64,000 nt of DNA from Eledone cirrhosa (Eukaryota): positions 52,700,001 through 52,764,000 of the forward strand of contig OZ024745.1 in NCBI GenBank assembly GCA_964016885.1. Direction: 5' to 3'. Under the pieces are notes generated by a model that did not search any database, had not been told where the DNA came from, and saw only the letters and a program-made list of their open reading frames with translations. Position 1 is the stretch's first letter. Each line of letters opens with the position of its first letter. Positions 15,716 through 29,529 of this stretch are shown one piece after another. A program made the position numbers and the translations under genes.

Positions 15716-16440
15716 TTATTTATTTATTAACTCTTTATTTATTTATTAACTCTTTTTTTTTTTAACTCATTTAATATAATGGTTACAGAATGAAAACACT
15801 AACAAATATGATATATACAAAGGAAAGGGAACGGAAAAAAAATAAAGAGAAAAAATACACAAGCACGTAATACCCACATCTAAGACCCCATAGAACAAAT
15901 GCAGACTAAAGGGGTAGAAAAACGAGCCGCTACCAGAGCAAAAGATAGCAATATAGCGAGGAGCGCTGGGAAACCTCTCTAATAATGTTTCAGGCAAGCC
16001 AACACGCTCGCAGCATTACCTGGGGTGATGGCGAGGCTGAGGTGCTGGAACAACCAAGTGCCCTCACGAGCATCACCAGTTACCTGTTTGGCGAGCCGCC
16101 AGTGAAGATAAGAACCTTGCTGTTAGTAGCCCGACTCCCCAAAACATCTTGAACGCCACAGGCTGGATAATGTATTTAGCTGACAGAACATGATATTTTA
16201 TGATTTTGTTCCGTTCAGCTGCGGATGCTGTAGCTCTCGCCCTTACCTCTACATCCAGAATGTGGGAAGAAGCAAAAGAGTCACTAACTGAGACGTCCCA
16301 AGTAAGGCACCTGCTTCTTGACCAGGCGCACACAGTAAGACCGCCAAGTTTCTCATCAATTCAGGACAACCCAAACGGTTCCAAAATTGAGGGGATGTTT
16401 GCCCGGGACAAAGCTCTTGAGTGGTAATAGGGCAGTGTGT
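15716..16440 (-). pseudogene. CRE-clade non-LTR retrotransposon 3' end (restriction-like endonuclease) with 3' UTR
   Basis: RALSRANIPSILEPFGLS*IDEKLGGLTVCAWSRSRCLTWDVSVSDSFA...AAERNKIIKY...PVAF...DAREGTWLFQHLSLAITPGNAASVL follows the CRE RLE pattern (LEP.GL..DGKRPDG, WD.T..DT, AE..K..KY, QR.S.AI.RGNA). Coding part about 15979-16440. Confidence 0.85.
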
Positions 16441-16449
16441 GTATGAGGG

Positions 16450-17350
16450 GGCGAGTTAGGTGTTAATTTATTTAGAAAGGGGGATTGGGAGAGAGTGTAA
16501 TATGATTGACATATAGAGGGGAGACTTTGGTGGTAATGAATAGAGTGAGTGTATTGATAGAGATAAGTATTGTTAGATATAGTGTGGGGAAGAGTTTGAT
16601 AGTGAAGGAGATAGAGAGTGAATGAGAGGGAGGGGGTTATGGTATATATATAGAGAGGGGAAGAATTAGGTGCTAATTGTTATTGTGAGGCATATGAATA
16701 GAGTGAGAGGATTGATACAGGTAAGTATTGATAGATATAGAACGAGGGAGAATTTGGTAGTGATGGATAGAGTGAGAGGGAATGAGAGTATTATAGCGTA
16801 TGGTAGTTATATAGAGGGGGATAGTTTGGTGGTAATTGATCTAAAGAGGGGTATGGGAGAGAGAGCGTCGTATAGTAGATATAGAACGGGGTGGGGTATA
16901 TTTCAGTGCTAGTAGATATAATGATGGTGTGGAGAGAGATAAATATTGCTAGGTATTGTTGGGCGAGACAGTGTTGTAAAAGATATAGAGCGGGGCGGAT
17001 GTGATGGATAGAGATAGAACGATTAAGATAGTGTGTAGTAGATATGGCGAGGGGGACGGTTTACAGATGATTGTTATAATACAAAGAAGGGGATTGACAG
17101 AGTGTTTTTTTATGTTAGATATAGAGATGGGGAGAATTTAGTGGTTGTAGATATATAGAGGCATATTGGGAGAATGCCGTTTAGTAGATGTAGAGAGGGA
17201 GAGAGCATCGTTGTACTTAATATAGAGGTGGGATAAAGGCGGCTATGTCATGGTAGATATAACGAGGGGTAGAGTTTGGTTTTAGTAGATACACAGAGGC
17301 GCACTAAATGAGGGTTTTATGTGATCGACATAGAGAGGAGAGTGTGGTGG
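16450..17350. repeat. Degenerate purine-rich tandem repeat (TAGATATAGAG/GGGGA-type units)
   Basis: Recurrent GTAGATATAG(A/T)G and GGGGAGA motifs with strong G+A strand bias over about 900 bp. Confidence 0.7.
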
Positions 17351-17640
17351 TACTCTCGGGTCCCAAATAATAGGCGGTGTTGGAATAACTGATTAGCAAA
17401 TCAGTAATTGTATAGTGTATGTTCGTAAATATGGCATTTTTTGTAACATAATTTTTTGACTTATATAATTTTTTTTTTAATGTAAAATTAAATAATTATT
17501 AGATACTCCGGCTGCTGTATCAATATAAATCACTTACTATAAACGTTTGCTAATGATAGATGAACAAAATTTGATAGAAGTGGAGGGAGTGGGATATCTA
17601 AAAAATTAATAATGGGACTATTATTCAAGACCTGAGGTTA
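17351..17640. mobile_element. Putative MITE with about 23-bp imperfect terminal inverted repeats
   Basis: Left end TACTCTCGGGTCCCAAATAATAG versus reverse complement of right end TAACCTCAGGTCTTGAATAATAG; TA at both ends. Confidence 0.5.
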
Positions 17641-19071
17641 CAAGATTTATTGACCGATGTAAGAATGAAAACTTAACACCGAATGGGTGTTTAAATATTA
17701 AGTGATGAGCTTTGTTACTCTGGAGTTTCACCTACGTACACATAGGATCATCACACAAGACTGGTGATCCTCCGATCGTTCAGGTGAAATGTTAGGGTAA
17801 CAAAGTTCACCAATAGCCATAATAAATTAATATGTGTGTGTATAAATATATATCGGAAATAAATAAATTGGCTATAATACCAGTTTATTACCAAATGCGA
17901 AGCTCGATATATTAACCCCTTAGGTGTTGGTACAGAGCATATTTAAAATAAAAAAGAATATATATATATATATATATATATATTAAAGAAAGAGAGATAT
18001 GGGGGGGGGGGACTTTTGACATGTTAGGGAGCATACCCCACTAATAACTATATGTTTATCGCTAAACTACCAAAACACATATATTTGTATATGCACTACA
18101 ATTTCTGTACAAGCTTTGCTCATCGCATATCGAAGTTTTATAACGATTTTGAGTGCAAAGATCTAAACAAATCAATATAACTAAATTGAACAAATTTGAC
18201 CACTACCTTCTGCCCTAATTCAGAAATACTACCCCGCACCCCTGATATGTACACATACTCAACCGCGCCCACTTAAACACACATGTACACAAGCACCGAG
18301 AGAGAGAAGGGCGTGTAGATAGATTAAAGGATATTATAGGAAATTAGAAACAAGTATCAATCTATAACAAAGTGAGAACTGTTAGGTTTAGATGGCAAAG
18401 AGCTCGCATAGCCCTGCTTGTTTATGGTGTCCAGGAATAAAACTCCAATTAAAGTATATTCAAAACATTCAAATGCATTTCATTCCCGTCCACCTCTCAG
18501 CTTCTCGTTTCTTTCTCCCTTTGACTAATAGTCCTTGATCTTTTCCTTCTTTTACTTTCATTTATGGCCTTTTTAGTCCTATGCTTTTCGTTTTCTGTAT
18601 AGTTGGCCAATTCATAATTATATCAACAATGAATTAATTTATTTTATGTTGAAAAAGAAAACAACAAATTATCAATCTGCAGATGGTGTAACCCAATAAC
18701 AAATATAAACAAGTCATCATTACTAATTATCAAATATAATCAGCATGTAAATGCTTAGGTATAATATATGTTCTGCGAAACGTTCACGACGTACCATTTC
18801 ACATTCATACTGCGAGGATGCATACTGTTTAAAAACTTAAGAGCCAAACGTGAGCGTTCTATCATAGCTAACTATGATAACGACAACGATTATATCAATT
18901 TTGTTTACAGTCTCAACTATGATTAGCTAAGAGTAGCAAATGTTGATTAAGTTGAAGAAATGTTGATGAAAAGCAGCAGTACATATTTAATGTTATCTTA
19001 AAATATTTTATATTAGATAAATCCATATATATTTCTATTTCTCTCTCTCTCCACCTCTATCTAAACATATG

Positions 19072-19105
<34 letters not shown>

Positions 19106-19572
19106 GGTGTGTGTGTGTGTGTGTGTGCGTATGTGTGCGTGTGTGCGTATGTGTGCGTGTGTGTGTGTGTGCGTATTTGTTAGTATCTGTATGTGTTTAT
19201 GTGTCTGTATTTGAGAATGAAGATTGCAAACCATGTTATTATATAAAACAGAATGATATATAATAAATGTTGCTGGGTGTTCTTGTGTGCACTCACAATT
19301 TAAACGTGATCATTCATAATACAACGCCTTTAACTTTATAATTTTATAGTTTCTTTCCATTCATTAATTTATGCTTCTGTCTAATTATTTATTGTTTCCT
19401 GAATCTGACGAAAAACGGAAAAAACGAAAGAAAATCGAGTTAAATAGTAGCAATTAATAATTTAGAGTGCAGATTCAGTGTGGAAAATGTATTTGCTATA
19501 ACAGTGTTTGTGAGAATTCTGATTTCAGAAAAACACAAGGTGCCAATTTTGATAATATATTCAGGGTATATT

Positions 19573-19840
19573 CAGGGCCAGCGTTAGATTATCTGGCATC
19601 CTAGGCAAGGTTAGATTCTGTCGAAGCACATACCGATTTCAAAATTTATAAAGAATACATTTTTTTTTAAATTAAATATTTAATTTTCTCGGTATGAATA
19701 AACCAGGATAAAAAAAATCCCTTAATAAAACTGAAATTTATTGATTTATTTTTCAAAATTGTTGATTTGGAGAAATGCGCCCCATGAAATCAGAGCCCTA
19801 GACGTCTGCCTAGTTTGCCTATATGGTAGCGCCGGCTCTT
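19573..19840. mobile_element. hAT (Tip100/MER45-like) MITE
   Basis: Ends CAGGGCCAGCG...CGCCGGCTCTT, subterminal CCTAGGC/GCCTA motifs, and 8-bp flanks GGTATATT and GGCATATT (7/8 match, TSD). Confidence 0.7.
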
Positions 19841-20440
19841 GGCATATTACGAAAGGAATTATAAAATTTACACATATTTAATACCTTTAAGTTTTGGTAC
19901 GTCTCAGATCATGGGTTATGAAAAAAAAGAAAATAGCTGTGCTTCCTAACCAATATAAATTTAAATGAAAATATACGATTCAGTGTAAGTGAAGGATTTT
20001 AATTACATGTAATTCGAAACATATCGTTTTAGTCAAAATAGGAACGTGATATAAACCAAATGGTATGCAATTACATACATTGATCATTTTAGTTTTAATT
20101 ATATGTAAACGCGGGATTACAATTAGTTAAACAAAAACAAATCCTAGCGTATATTCCAGAGGGTGTTTGCCACAAGCGGTATCAAATGTATATGTAACAT
20201 CACCCGATACAACCTGTTCTGCTCAATAACATTGTTATGAAATAAACGTTAACATGGTTAACCATTTATGTTATCGGAATATATTCTGTAAGTCAGGTTA
20301 TGTTCTGTTGTAATATGTATAATAATGTTAATATTTCACGGCACTGCTATTTGCAACTACCACACTGAACTGAATCAATGAAAAAACTCATACCTTCGTC
20401 AGCTTTATCAGTCATGGATTTTTAAGTTGGGCGTTGCGAC

Positions 20441-20506
<66 letters not shown>

Positions 20507-20588
20507 ACACACATATATAAATATATATATATACACACACACATACACACACACACACACATATATACATATATATATATGGATAGAG

Positions 20589-20625
<37 letters not shown>

Positions 20626-21149
20626 GAATCATAAATTATGAAACATTGGAAAATGGAAAATGTTATCTTATATACCGTATGTAGTCGTGTATACGATGAA
20701 TAATTTAGAGCATTTTGTAAGGTTTACTCTATAAATACTATTTTTCTGCGGCTTCTAATTGAAGGTAGAAGCCGAAGTACCTTTTCAGTAGCAGTCTCTA
20801 AACAAAAAAACAAAACAAAACCCGAACACAATAAATTACAGTAATATTACAGACACACGTCCTAGTAAATAACAAGATCCATAATCAAAACCACATAGAA
20901 GTTATTAATATTTCGACATCCTCGTGTAATCGTATCTTTCAAATGTATTGCCACACGTTTTAATACTAATCCTCTAGTGGGTATATTATTTCGGGTTGTC
21001 TACATATACAGTATTGTTCGCCCATTTTACTCGTATTTGATTCTTGAGATGGGACGAATACTGTAAATCAAATCATTGTATCCGACTTTTAACGACTTGC
21101 CAATTTGACTTATATTTATATATAAATAAAAATAAATATATATACATAC

Positions 21150-21251
<102 letters not shown>

Positions 21252-21622
21252 ACATAATAAACAAAACAATATAATTATTTAATTACCGAAGGTTTTAAGA
21301 AAGCAGATCGTTCTTGCAAGAATCACGTAGTTTCTTAACCTTCCGTAATGAAATAATTATATTGTGTGGTTTATTATGTAATTAAATAGTTCTGTAAAAT
21401 GCATAGAGCACTCTTCTTTCGTTTACCTTTTCTACAGAATTACTTAACTTATATGTATATATATACACACATACATTCACACCCACATCCACACACACAC
21501 ATGTATGCATATGTGTGTGTGTGTGTGTGTAACTGCGTGTGTGTATAGTAATAATAATAAATGTGAAGACGTTAAGGGTGAAAGGAGCAATTCTTAGCTT
21601 AAACTTTAATCTGTTATTTTTA

Positions 21623-21834
<212 letters not shown>

Positions 21835-21883
21835 TAATGAAATGACAGGAGGCTGGATTTGTGTAAATCCTTGAAAGGTTTAT

Positions 21884-21943
21884 TATACTATGATCATTTC
21901 AATGACCGGGTTCAGTATGAATTCGGTGATATCATCAGGTATA
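21884..21943 (-). ncRNA. Type I hammerhead ribozyme inside a small fold-back element (arms about 21831-21891 and 21963-22023)
   Basis: Minus strand: TATAC-CTGATGA-T-ATCACCG...CGGTCAT-T-GAAA-TGATCA-TA-GTATA. Intact core, palindromic helix III, AUA cleavage triplet. Confidence 0.8.
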
Positions 21944-22167
21944 TAGTATAATCATCAGGTATATAGTATAATAAACCTTTCAACGATTTACACAAATCCA
22001 GCCTCATGTCATTTCATTATAATATTTAGCTCCGTAATAGCACCACCAACTACAAAAACAAAGACGTTCGAACTGCTTTACGTTGAGTACTCTCTATATT
22101 ATTACATTACGATTGACCATACGGAATAGACCAGCTCTATACAGTGGTGAACCTCAAACCTGAATAA

Positions 22168-22206
<39 letters not shown>

Positions 22207-22892
22207 CGAGTATTGAAGTTTGCTTGAAGCATTGTGGAATAATAAGGTAAATTTATCTAAGTCGTTTGGAAGCCTCGACAATGCAGATGGGTAAATCTCC
22301 GGGTAACAAGATCCGGTGGTGGAGAGAGAGAGATGTAAGTGGGTGTAAGTTGAGATGCGTGGCGTGTATAAGACTGTAACGTGTAGAGGAATGAAGGATG
22401 AAAAAAAGAGCGTAAAGGATAAAAAAACAAAACAACACGAGAAAGAGTTACTTGGGAGAGATTTAATTGTCCTTATATATTTCGGATTCACATCCATCAA
22501 CTGGGGTTTTTTCCCAGGGGGGGGGGGGCTTGTCTGTCGGAAAGGCGCGCAACGTGTCCTCCGCTGTTCGTTGTTTTGAGCGCGCGTGCGCGTGAAATAG
22601 GGTCGGTCAGGCAGAGGTCAGCGGCCGAAGTAGTTCTTTCAATTGTGGGAGTGGGGTGGCGCTAGCTGTCAGTCCATTCTCTGCCTATTTGCTGAATGTT
22701 ACTGTGTGTGTGTGTGTGCGTGTGTTGTTGTCTCGCTTGAGTGTGTGTGTGTGTGTGTGCGTGTGTTGTTGCCTTGTTCCTCTGTATTGGCAGTGTAGTA
22801 TGTTCCTATGGTGGAATGCTGCTGTGTGTGTGCGTGTGTTGCTGTCTCGCTTGTGTGTGTGTGTGTGCGTGTGTTGCTGCATCGTGTCTTAA

Positions 22893-23340
22893 CTTAAACC
22901 AACCACCTCACTTCGTTTCTCTCGGATCGGTAGTTTAATTGTGGCCCTAGGCGTTTGATCCAAATTGCTTCCTTGGTACGTAACGTACCGACGTTTCATT
23001 TTGTCGCTAGAATTGAGACAATGGGCCTTCCGTCTTTGTTTCCACATTTGGCTATGTTTTTCCGGAAAGACGAGGCCCTGGTTTTAGTGTGTTCCTTGAT
23101 CCGGATGTGCAACGGCCGGATTGTGCTACTTATATAGTATGGTTGCACTTGTTACATTCTATCTTATACACGACGTATGTGCGTTGGCAACAGTTCGCAT
23201 GGCGCATCGGGCAGTCTCTGAGGGAGAACGCGTCAGTTGATTTCCCGGGTTTCCTGGATAGGCATCTTCGCAGGGAGGGGCCCGAGTGGGTCAGGTGGAT
23301 GTCGAGGTCCTCCCTCCGTATAGCCTGGCGGATAGCGTTG
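22893..23340 (-). pseudogene. Penelope-like GIY-YIG endonuclease C-terminal fragment; 3' UTR extends to about 22205
   Basis: NAIRQAIRREDLDIHLTHSGPSLRRCL...CPMRHANCCQRTYVVYKIECNKC / YISSTIRPLHIRIKEH / LRTKEAIWIKRLGPQLN, with frameshifts and stops. Confidence 0.88.
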
Positions 23341-23781
23341 TATATATAAATATATATATTAAAATAACAGATTAAAAAAGTTTAAGCAAAGAATCGCTGC
23401 TTTCACACTTAACGTCTGCACATTTAGTATTATTACTATATACACACATACACACATATATATACACACACACACATGTATACATATGTGTGTGTGGATA
23501 TGGGTGTGTGTGTGTGTCTGTGTATATATATATAAGTTAAGTATTTCTGTAGAAAAGGTAAACGAAAGAAGAGTGCTCTATGCATATTACAGAACTATTT
23601 AATTACATAATAAACAGCAGAATATAATTATTTCATTACGAAAGGTTAAGAAACTAGATGATTCTTGCAAGAATCATCTGCTTTCTTAAAACCTTCGGTA
23701 ATTAAATAATTATATTGATTTGTTTATTATGTAATTAAATATATATATATATATATTTGTATTATATATATATATATATGT

Positions 23782-23842
<61 letters not shown>

Positions 23843-23900
23843 TGTCTGTCTGTGTGTGTGCCTGTGTGTGTGCCTGTGTGTGTGTGTGGCTGTGTATATG

Positions 23901-23974
<74 letters not shown>

Positions 23975-23975
<1 letters not shown>

Positions 23976-24670
23976 TTTCCCATTTTGACGCTATAGTCAC
24001 TTATATATTATGGAATACTGTTGGATTCTTGCTACAATACTTTATATACCTTTCATTTATATATGTATACTCGGATTTATTTCCTAGAGTGCTTAAATTA
24101 TTTGTGACTAATCCTGGTATTTAAAAAAAAATAAAACGCGATAATATTGCTTTTTGCTGAACTCCTTATTGTAGAGTTTTTTTTCGGAATGTTTTTTCAT
24201 GTAAACAAATACTTGTCTCATTCTGACGTCACCAGCCCTGTTTTCCTACATGTGCGTTTTATTTTCATAATCACGCATGATGTTAAACTACCCTCCTTTT
24301 AAATTCCCTTTTTGGCATATTAATCAATGAGAATTTGGCTATCGTGTTGAGCTCTGCTGAGGATCGAATTCCAAACGTGACCATCTCTACTGAAAGTTTT
24401 CGTGAAATAGTCTTTTCAATACTATACAGAGCGTTTGTAGTTGTACCAAATTTAAGGATGAGTATTTTAAACTTTATTTTATCATGAGTTCCCTGGATTT
24501 CACTAAATTCTGTTGGATAAATCTATATCTTGATTCTTTTTGAATTGAGTTTGAATTATTTTTCCCACATCTTACGTTATCTATTTTCCCATTTTGACGC
24601 TATAGTCACTTATATATTATGGAATACTGTTGGCTACTTGCTACAATACTTTCTATACCTTTCATTTATA
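23975..24670 (+). mobile_element. Non-coding pLTR-like unit with about 90-bp terminal direct repeat and a central HHR
   Basis: TATTTTCCCATTTTGACGCTATAGTCAC...CCTTTCATTTATA at about 23973 and 24583; (TA)n on both sides. Confidence 0.8.
24351..24432 (+). ncRNA. Type I hammerhead ribozyme
   Basis: GCTCTG-CTGAGGA-T-CGAA...TTCG-T-GAAA-TAGT..ACTA-TA-CAGAGC: 6-bp helix I, intact core, AUA triplet. Confidence 0.82.
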
Positions 24671-24877
24671 TATATATATATATATAATACAAATAGTTAA
24701 AACAATGCAATTAAACAAAATTCGGCAGAAGGGATAGACAATAGCAGAAGGGATAGACAATCTGTTCGTAATTCAAAAATATGAATGTTTATAACTGAAT
24801 CAGAGCACTCGAGTATAATATTCAATGATATTAAATAAATGGAAACTATATTTATAAAACCATATTTATTCTATTAT

Positions 24878-25985
24878 CAACTAGAAATTGATTGACATAT
24901 AATTAAACATATGAAACAATCGCAGGGGATAATTTGTAAAAGTGTGTAACCACACATAGCTAGGTAGGTAACTAAATAAAGTTAACTAGACCTTCAAAAA
25001 TAGATACCTTATAATTTGATTAATCTTCATCGTATATATTCCATTAAAGAAATATATTTCACCAATTAATCGATTGGTAAACGACAGTAGCCAGGTCCTG
25101 GATTTTCAACAAGTAAGAGGTCCAGCGATCTGTGTTTACGCATCAAGTTCAAATCAGCGACTGGCACGTAACACGTGCTGTATCCACTAAAAATACACAC
25201 ATCATACCAGCTTCGTCCTAGTGGCGTGAATAGGGTTATCGACAACTAGAAACAGCAGTCAAGTCCTTTCAACTGAGTTAGCTCTACAATTAAGGGGCCA
25301 TATTTATATATATCCAAAATTAGGATAAATTGAATTAAATTAAATTAAATCAAATTAAATTAAATTATTTAGTTACCTACCTAGCTATGTGTGGTTACAC
25401 AGTTTTACAAATTATCCTCTGTGATTGTTTCATATGTTTAATTATATGTCAATCAATTTCTAGTTGATATAAAATGCTCGGATCTACTCATTAGAATCTT
25501 GGAGCATATTTTACGGGTGATATGGCGCATGTCTATATGACATGACACCCTTAATTTAATTTGATTTAATTTAATTTAATTCAATCTATCTTAATTTTGG
25601 ATATAATTGTAGAGCTAACTCAGTTGAAAGGACTTTTACTGCTGTTTCTAGTTGTCGATAACCCTATTCACGCCACTGGGTCGAAGCTGGTATGGTGTGT
25701 GTATTTTTAGTGGATACAGCACGTGTTACTGGCCAGTCGCTGATTTGAACTTGATGCGTAAACACAGATCGCTGGACCTCTTCCTTTTTGAAAATCCAGG
25801 ACCTGGCTACTGTCGTTTACCAATCGATTAATTGGTGAAATATATTTCTTTAATGGATTATATACGAGGAAGATTAATCAAATTATAAGGTATCTATTTT
25901 TGAAGTTCTATTTAGTTACCTACCTAGCTATGTGTGGTTACACACTTTTACAAATTATTCCCTGTGATTGTTTCATATGTTTCAT
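24878..25985. mobile_element. Complex fold-back insertion (A-B-A'-spacer-B'-A') with 13-bp flanking duplication
   Basis: A about 24876-24980, B about 24985-25365, A' about 25366-25468, B' about 25551-25910, partial A' to 25982. TTTATTCTATTAT at 24865-24877 and 25986-25998. Confidence 0.82.
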
Positions 25986-25993
25986 TTTATTCT

Positions 25994-26050
25994 ATTATAT
26001 ATATTTCAAGGGTACCAAAAACTTTGGTACGCTTTCATCAAATAAAATAC
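25994..26050 (-). ncRNA. Hammerhead motif in the left pLTR (C3U core change); mirror copy at about 32243-32305 on + (A6G change)
   Basis: TTGATGA-AAGCGTACCAAA-GTT-TTTGGTACCCTT-GAAA-TATATA-TA. Copies of the same family with an intact CTGATGA core are at 54593-54599 (-) and 54808-54814 (+). Confidence 0.72.
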
Positions 26051-26374
26051 AAAGTGTGTTTTATAAATGTTGACATAGCGAAGGAACATACCTTAACGGT
26101 TGAAGTTCTCCTTGGATAGTGGAGTTAAAGATAGATTTTACAAAATTGTTAAAATGAGTATGCAAATGAATATTTAAATGAGGTTGAGGTATATGTTTGA
26201 AAAAAACGTTATTTTAGACGCTATGGAGAATTTAGATATGTGTGTGTATGAGTAGGAAAGAAAGAAAAAAAGAAGGAAAAAGAAAAAAGAATTACCAACA
26301 CATTGAATATCCCTTCTGCTTATAAATAGCTCCTTTAATGTTGAGCGCTTTAAAATATAACTGATTGCAAAATA

Positions 26375-28559
26375 ATGGAATTCTTTAGGATTTCTACTTC
26401 TCTAAAAGATGTACCCTTGCCTAAAAATAAGGAATATCTAAAACAACTCATTGAGAAATCTGACTCCTTTATACGAAGAATTAGATAAATCTAGTTACAA
26501 CTTTGATCTTATCTTCAAATCTAAGAAGAATCTACCTAGCAACGAACTTCTAGCTGAATTTGAAAATGAAGAATATCTATTATACAAAACATTAATTAAA
26601 AAAAAATATGTATAGGCCAGGAATACCTTAAAGGCCTCAAGAATAATATAGACAATCTTGAAAAAACTAAGAAGATCCTCGTAAAATCTGATAAAGCTAA
26701 TAATTTATATGGGATGGAAAAGGACGAATATAATAACCTAATATTGAAAGAACTCAGAAAAAAATACAAAATAACCTCAAATGAAGATCTTTAAATATTA
26801 AATAGAGAAGCTTCTGAAATTATTCATAAATTAGGCATCCAAAATAGGACTGAACCCTTTATACCTAGAAAACCAAAAAGTAACCTGAAAGATCACAAAA
26901 GAAATTTTGAAATAGAACTACCAGTCAGACACATAGCACCATCTAAATCAGACTTAGGCATAATTAGCAAACATATATTAGATAGAATTATACCATAACT
27001 TAAAGAAAAATCACACCTGCAACTATGGAACGGTACTAACGAAGTTATAGATTGGTTCAATAACATAAAACTAAAACATAACAAAAAATTCATTCAAATA
27101 GATATTGCAAATTACTACTCCTCTATTACCCCTAGTTTACTTAATAAAGTCTCTTATCTACGCGTCTAAACATACATACCTATCTAGTGATGAAATAGAA
27201 ATTCTAACAGCACGTAAAACACTAATAGAATTCAATAATCATCTCTGGACAAGAGCTGACAGAAAAAACAATTTTGATATCATTATGGGATCATCTGGCT
27301 CGGCGCAAATAACGGATGTCGTTGGTTTATTTATTAATAATGTACTGAATAGTAAAATGCCAGAGATGACCGGTGGTTTATATCGTCACGATATGCTGAT
27401 TTTAATTGAAAACCATAGCAATTGTGAAATTAATAGGAAAAGAAAATCCATAATACAAATCTTCAATAGCTACAACCTTAAGTTAGAAATAGAGAATAAC
27501 TACAAAATCGTCAACTTTTTAGACGTAACCTTAAACCTTAGCACAGGTCTTTACTATCCTTTCCATAAAATTAACGAAAAACTAAATTACGTAAGTTTTA
27601 ACTCTAATCATCCTATATGTATTAAAAACACTATTGTTAATAGTGTCCAACAACATCTCTGTTAATAAAAATATTTTTGATGATTAGGCTGAATATTATA
27701 ATGAAGCTTTAAATAGAGCAGTATATTCGAATAAAATTAAATACATTGATAACAATAACATGGCAAATCATCCTAGTATTAATTATAATAATAATAAACA
27801 ATTTAACTTAAACACTAAACGAAACAAAAAAACTAGAACTAGAAATATTATTTGCTACTCTCCTCCACTCTCATTAAGCGTTCAAACACCTTTAGCAAAG
27901 CTATTCTTTAAAGCACTAGATAAATGTTTTCCTAAAGCCCACATGTACCACTCTATTTTAACAGACATACTATAAAACTATCCTACTCTACTACTATGAA
28001 CATAGCACAAAATATAAATAGAATTAATAATAGCAACTTAAATTTAAACCCTAACGAAAATAGCAATAATAATATTTCTAGCCATATTCAGTATAATAGT
28101 ACCGTTCCGAGCAACAACAACTCCATAAAATGTAACTGTAGAATCAAATCAAACTGCTCTTTACAAAATAATTGTTTAGATAAAAACGTAGTTTATAAAT
28201 GCACAGTTAAAACTAGAGATAAAATAATTAACTATGTTGGTGCCACTTCTACAAAATGTAAAGAACGCTGAAATAACCATAATCATACATTTAAATGATC
28301 TGATAAAACATCTTCTACTTCACTTTCACATCTTATATGGATCTTAAAAGGCAAGAATATAGACTATTCAATATCTTGGAAAACAATTTCGAAAGCACCT
28401 GCGTACCGAAATATGGCTTTATCAAGATTCTGTAAATTGCGTATCGAAGAAATGTTTTATATAATTAACTGTCAAAACTCTATTAATCTCAGAACAGAGT
28501 TATTTTCTTCTTGCAGACATCGCCAAAATTCCACGTTCAGAACTACTTTTAATTTATAA
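26375..28559 (+). pseudogene. Naiad-type PLE polyprotein (RT plus C-terminal GIY-YIG endonuclease), with frameshifts and stops
   Basis: MEFFRISTSLKDVPLP..EYLKQLIEKSDSFIRR; FDIIMGSSGSAQITDVVG; GGLYRHD; NFLDVTLNL; YVSFNSNHP; RNIICYSPPLS; CNCRIKSNCSLQNNCLDKNVVYKCTV...YVGATS; C-terminal FCKL..EE, RTE..SSCRH. Confidence 0.92.
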
Positions 28560-28691
28560 TATGCCTAAACCTTAATATTTATCCTATCCTCTTTAACAAT
28601 TTAAAATGTTTAATATTTTTAATATTTTAATATTTCTAAATGTTGAATATTTCTAATATTTGTAATACTTTTACCTTTCAGCAACAATTTC

Positions 28692-28745
<54 letters not shown>

Positions 28746-28913
28746 ACGATACATTGACGGAGCCATAGACTCTCGCCGTTCTCTGTAAATAATGTGCTCA
28801 AAGGAGAGGAAATCCTGGGCACTTTAAAATAGAATATGTTGAAAAGGTACCACGCTAGAGAGAGATACAGTGCGCTTTAAAATATCTCTTAGTGTTGTCT
28901 GAAATGTATAGCC

Positions 28914-28999
28914 TAACACACGCTGATGAACCTGGGTTATTTTATTTCTCTCAACAACTTACTGGCGAAATAGATCACTTTGGATTTGTACGTGTGTTA
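28914..28999 (+). ncRNA. Type I hammerhead ribozyme, copy 1
   Basis: TAACACACG-CTGATGA-ACCTGG...CTGGC-GAAA-TAGATC-ACTTTG-GATTTG-TA-CGTGTGTTA: 9-bp helix I, GUA triplet, predicted cut after 28990; helix II is weak. Confidence 0.85.
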
Positions 29000-29443
29000 T
29001 ATAGTTATAGAGATATTTATTTACGCTTTAATTTATATTGTTAATTATCGTGCCTTTCATGGGTTATAGATTCAATACACTGGTGGTTTTTCCCTGTTTT
29101 ATTGATGGCACACTGTATCTCTCTCTAGTGTGGTACCTTTTCAACATATTGTATTTTAAAGTGTCCAGGATTTCCGCTCCTTTGAGCACATTATTTACAG
29201 GGAACGGCGAGAGTCTATGACTCCATTAATGTATCGTGATATTTCGCATCTTATAACAGTCTTTCCTCTCTCTCTGTTTGGTTGAGCACACTTCTCTGAG
29301 TGATTTGGGGCTGCCCTTTCTAGCAGCTCGTCCCTCAAAGACCATTGGTTCGCTGCTCTTAAACACGCTGTGATTTCTCTCTCCCACGTGTAGTTGGACG
29401 GTCGCTTTAAAAATTATCTTAGTGTTGTCTGAAATGAATAGCC

Positions 29444-29529
29444 TAACACACGCTGATGAACCTGGGTTATTTTATTTCTCTCAACAAGTTACTGGCGAAA
29501 TAGATCACTTTGGATTTGTACGTGTGTTA
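29444..29529 (+). ncRNA. Type I hammerhead ribozyme, copy 2
   Basis: Nearly identical to 28914-28999; predicted cut after 29520. Confidence 0.85.

Noticed and set aside
22600-22680. HHR in the 3' UTR of the GIY-YIG fragment
   Set aside because: The minus strand has CTGACAG...GAAAGAACTA, but the core is non-canonical and the helices do not pair.
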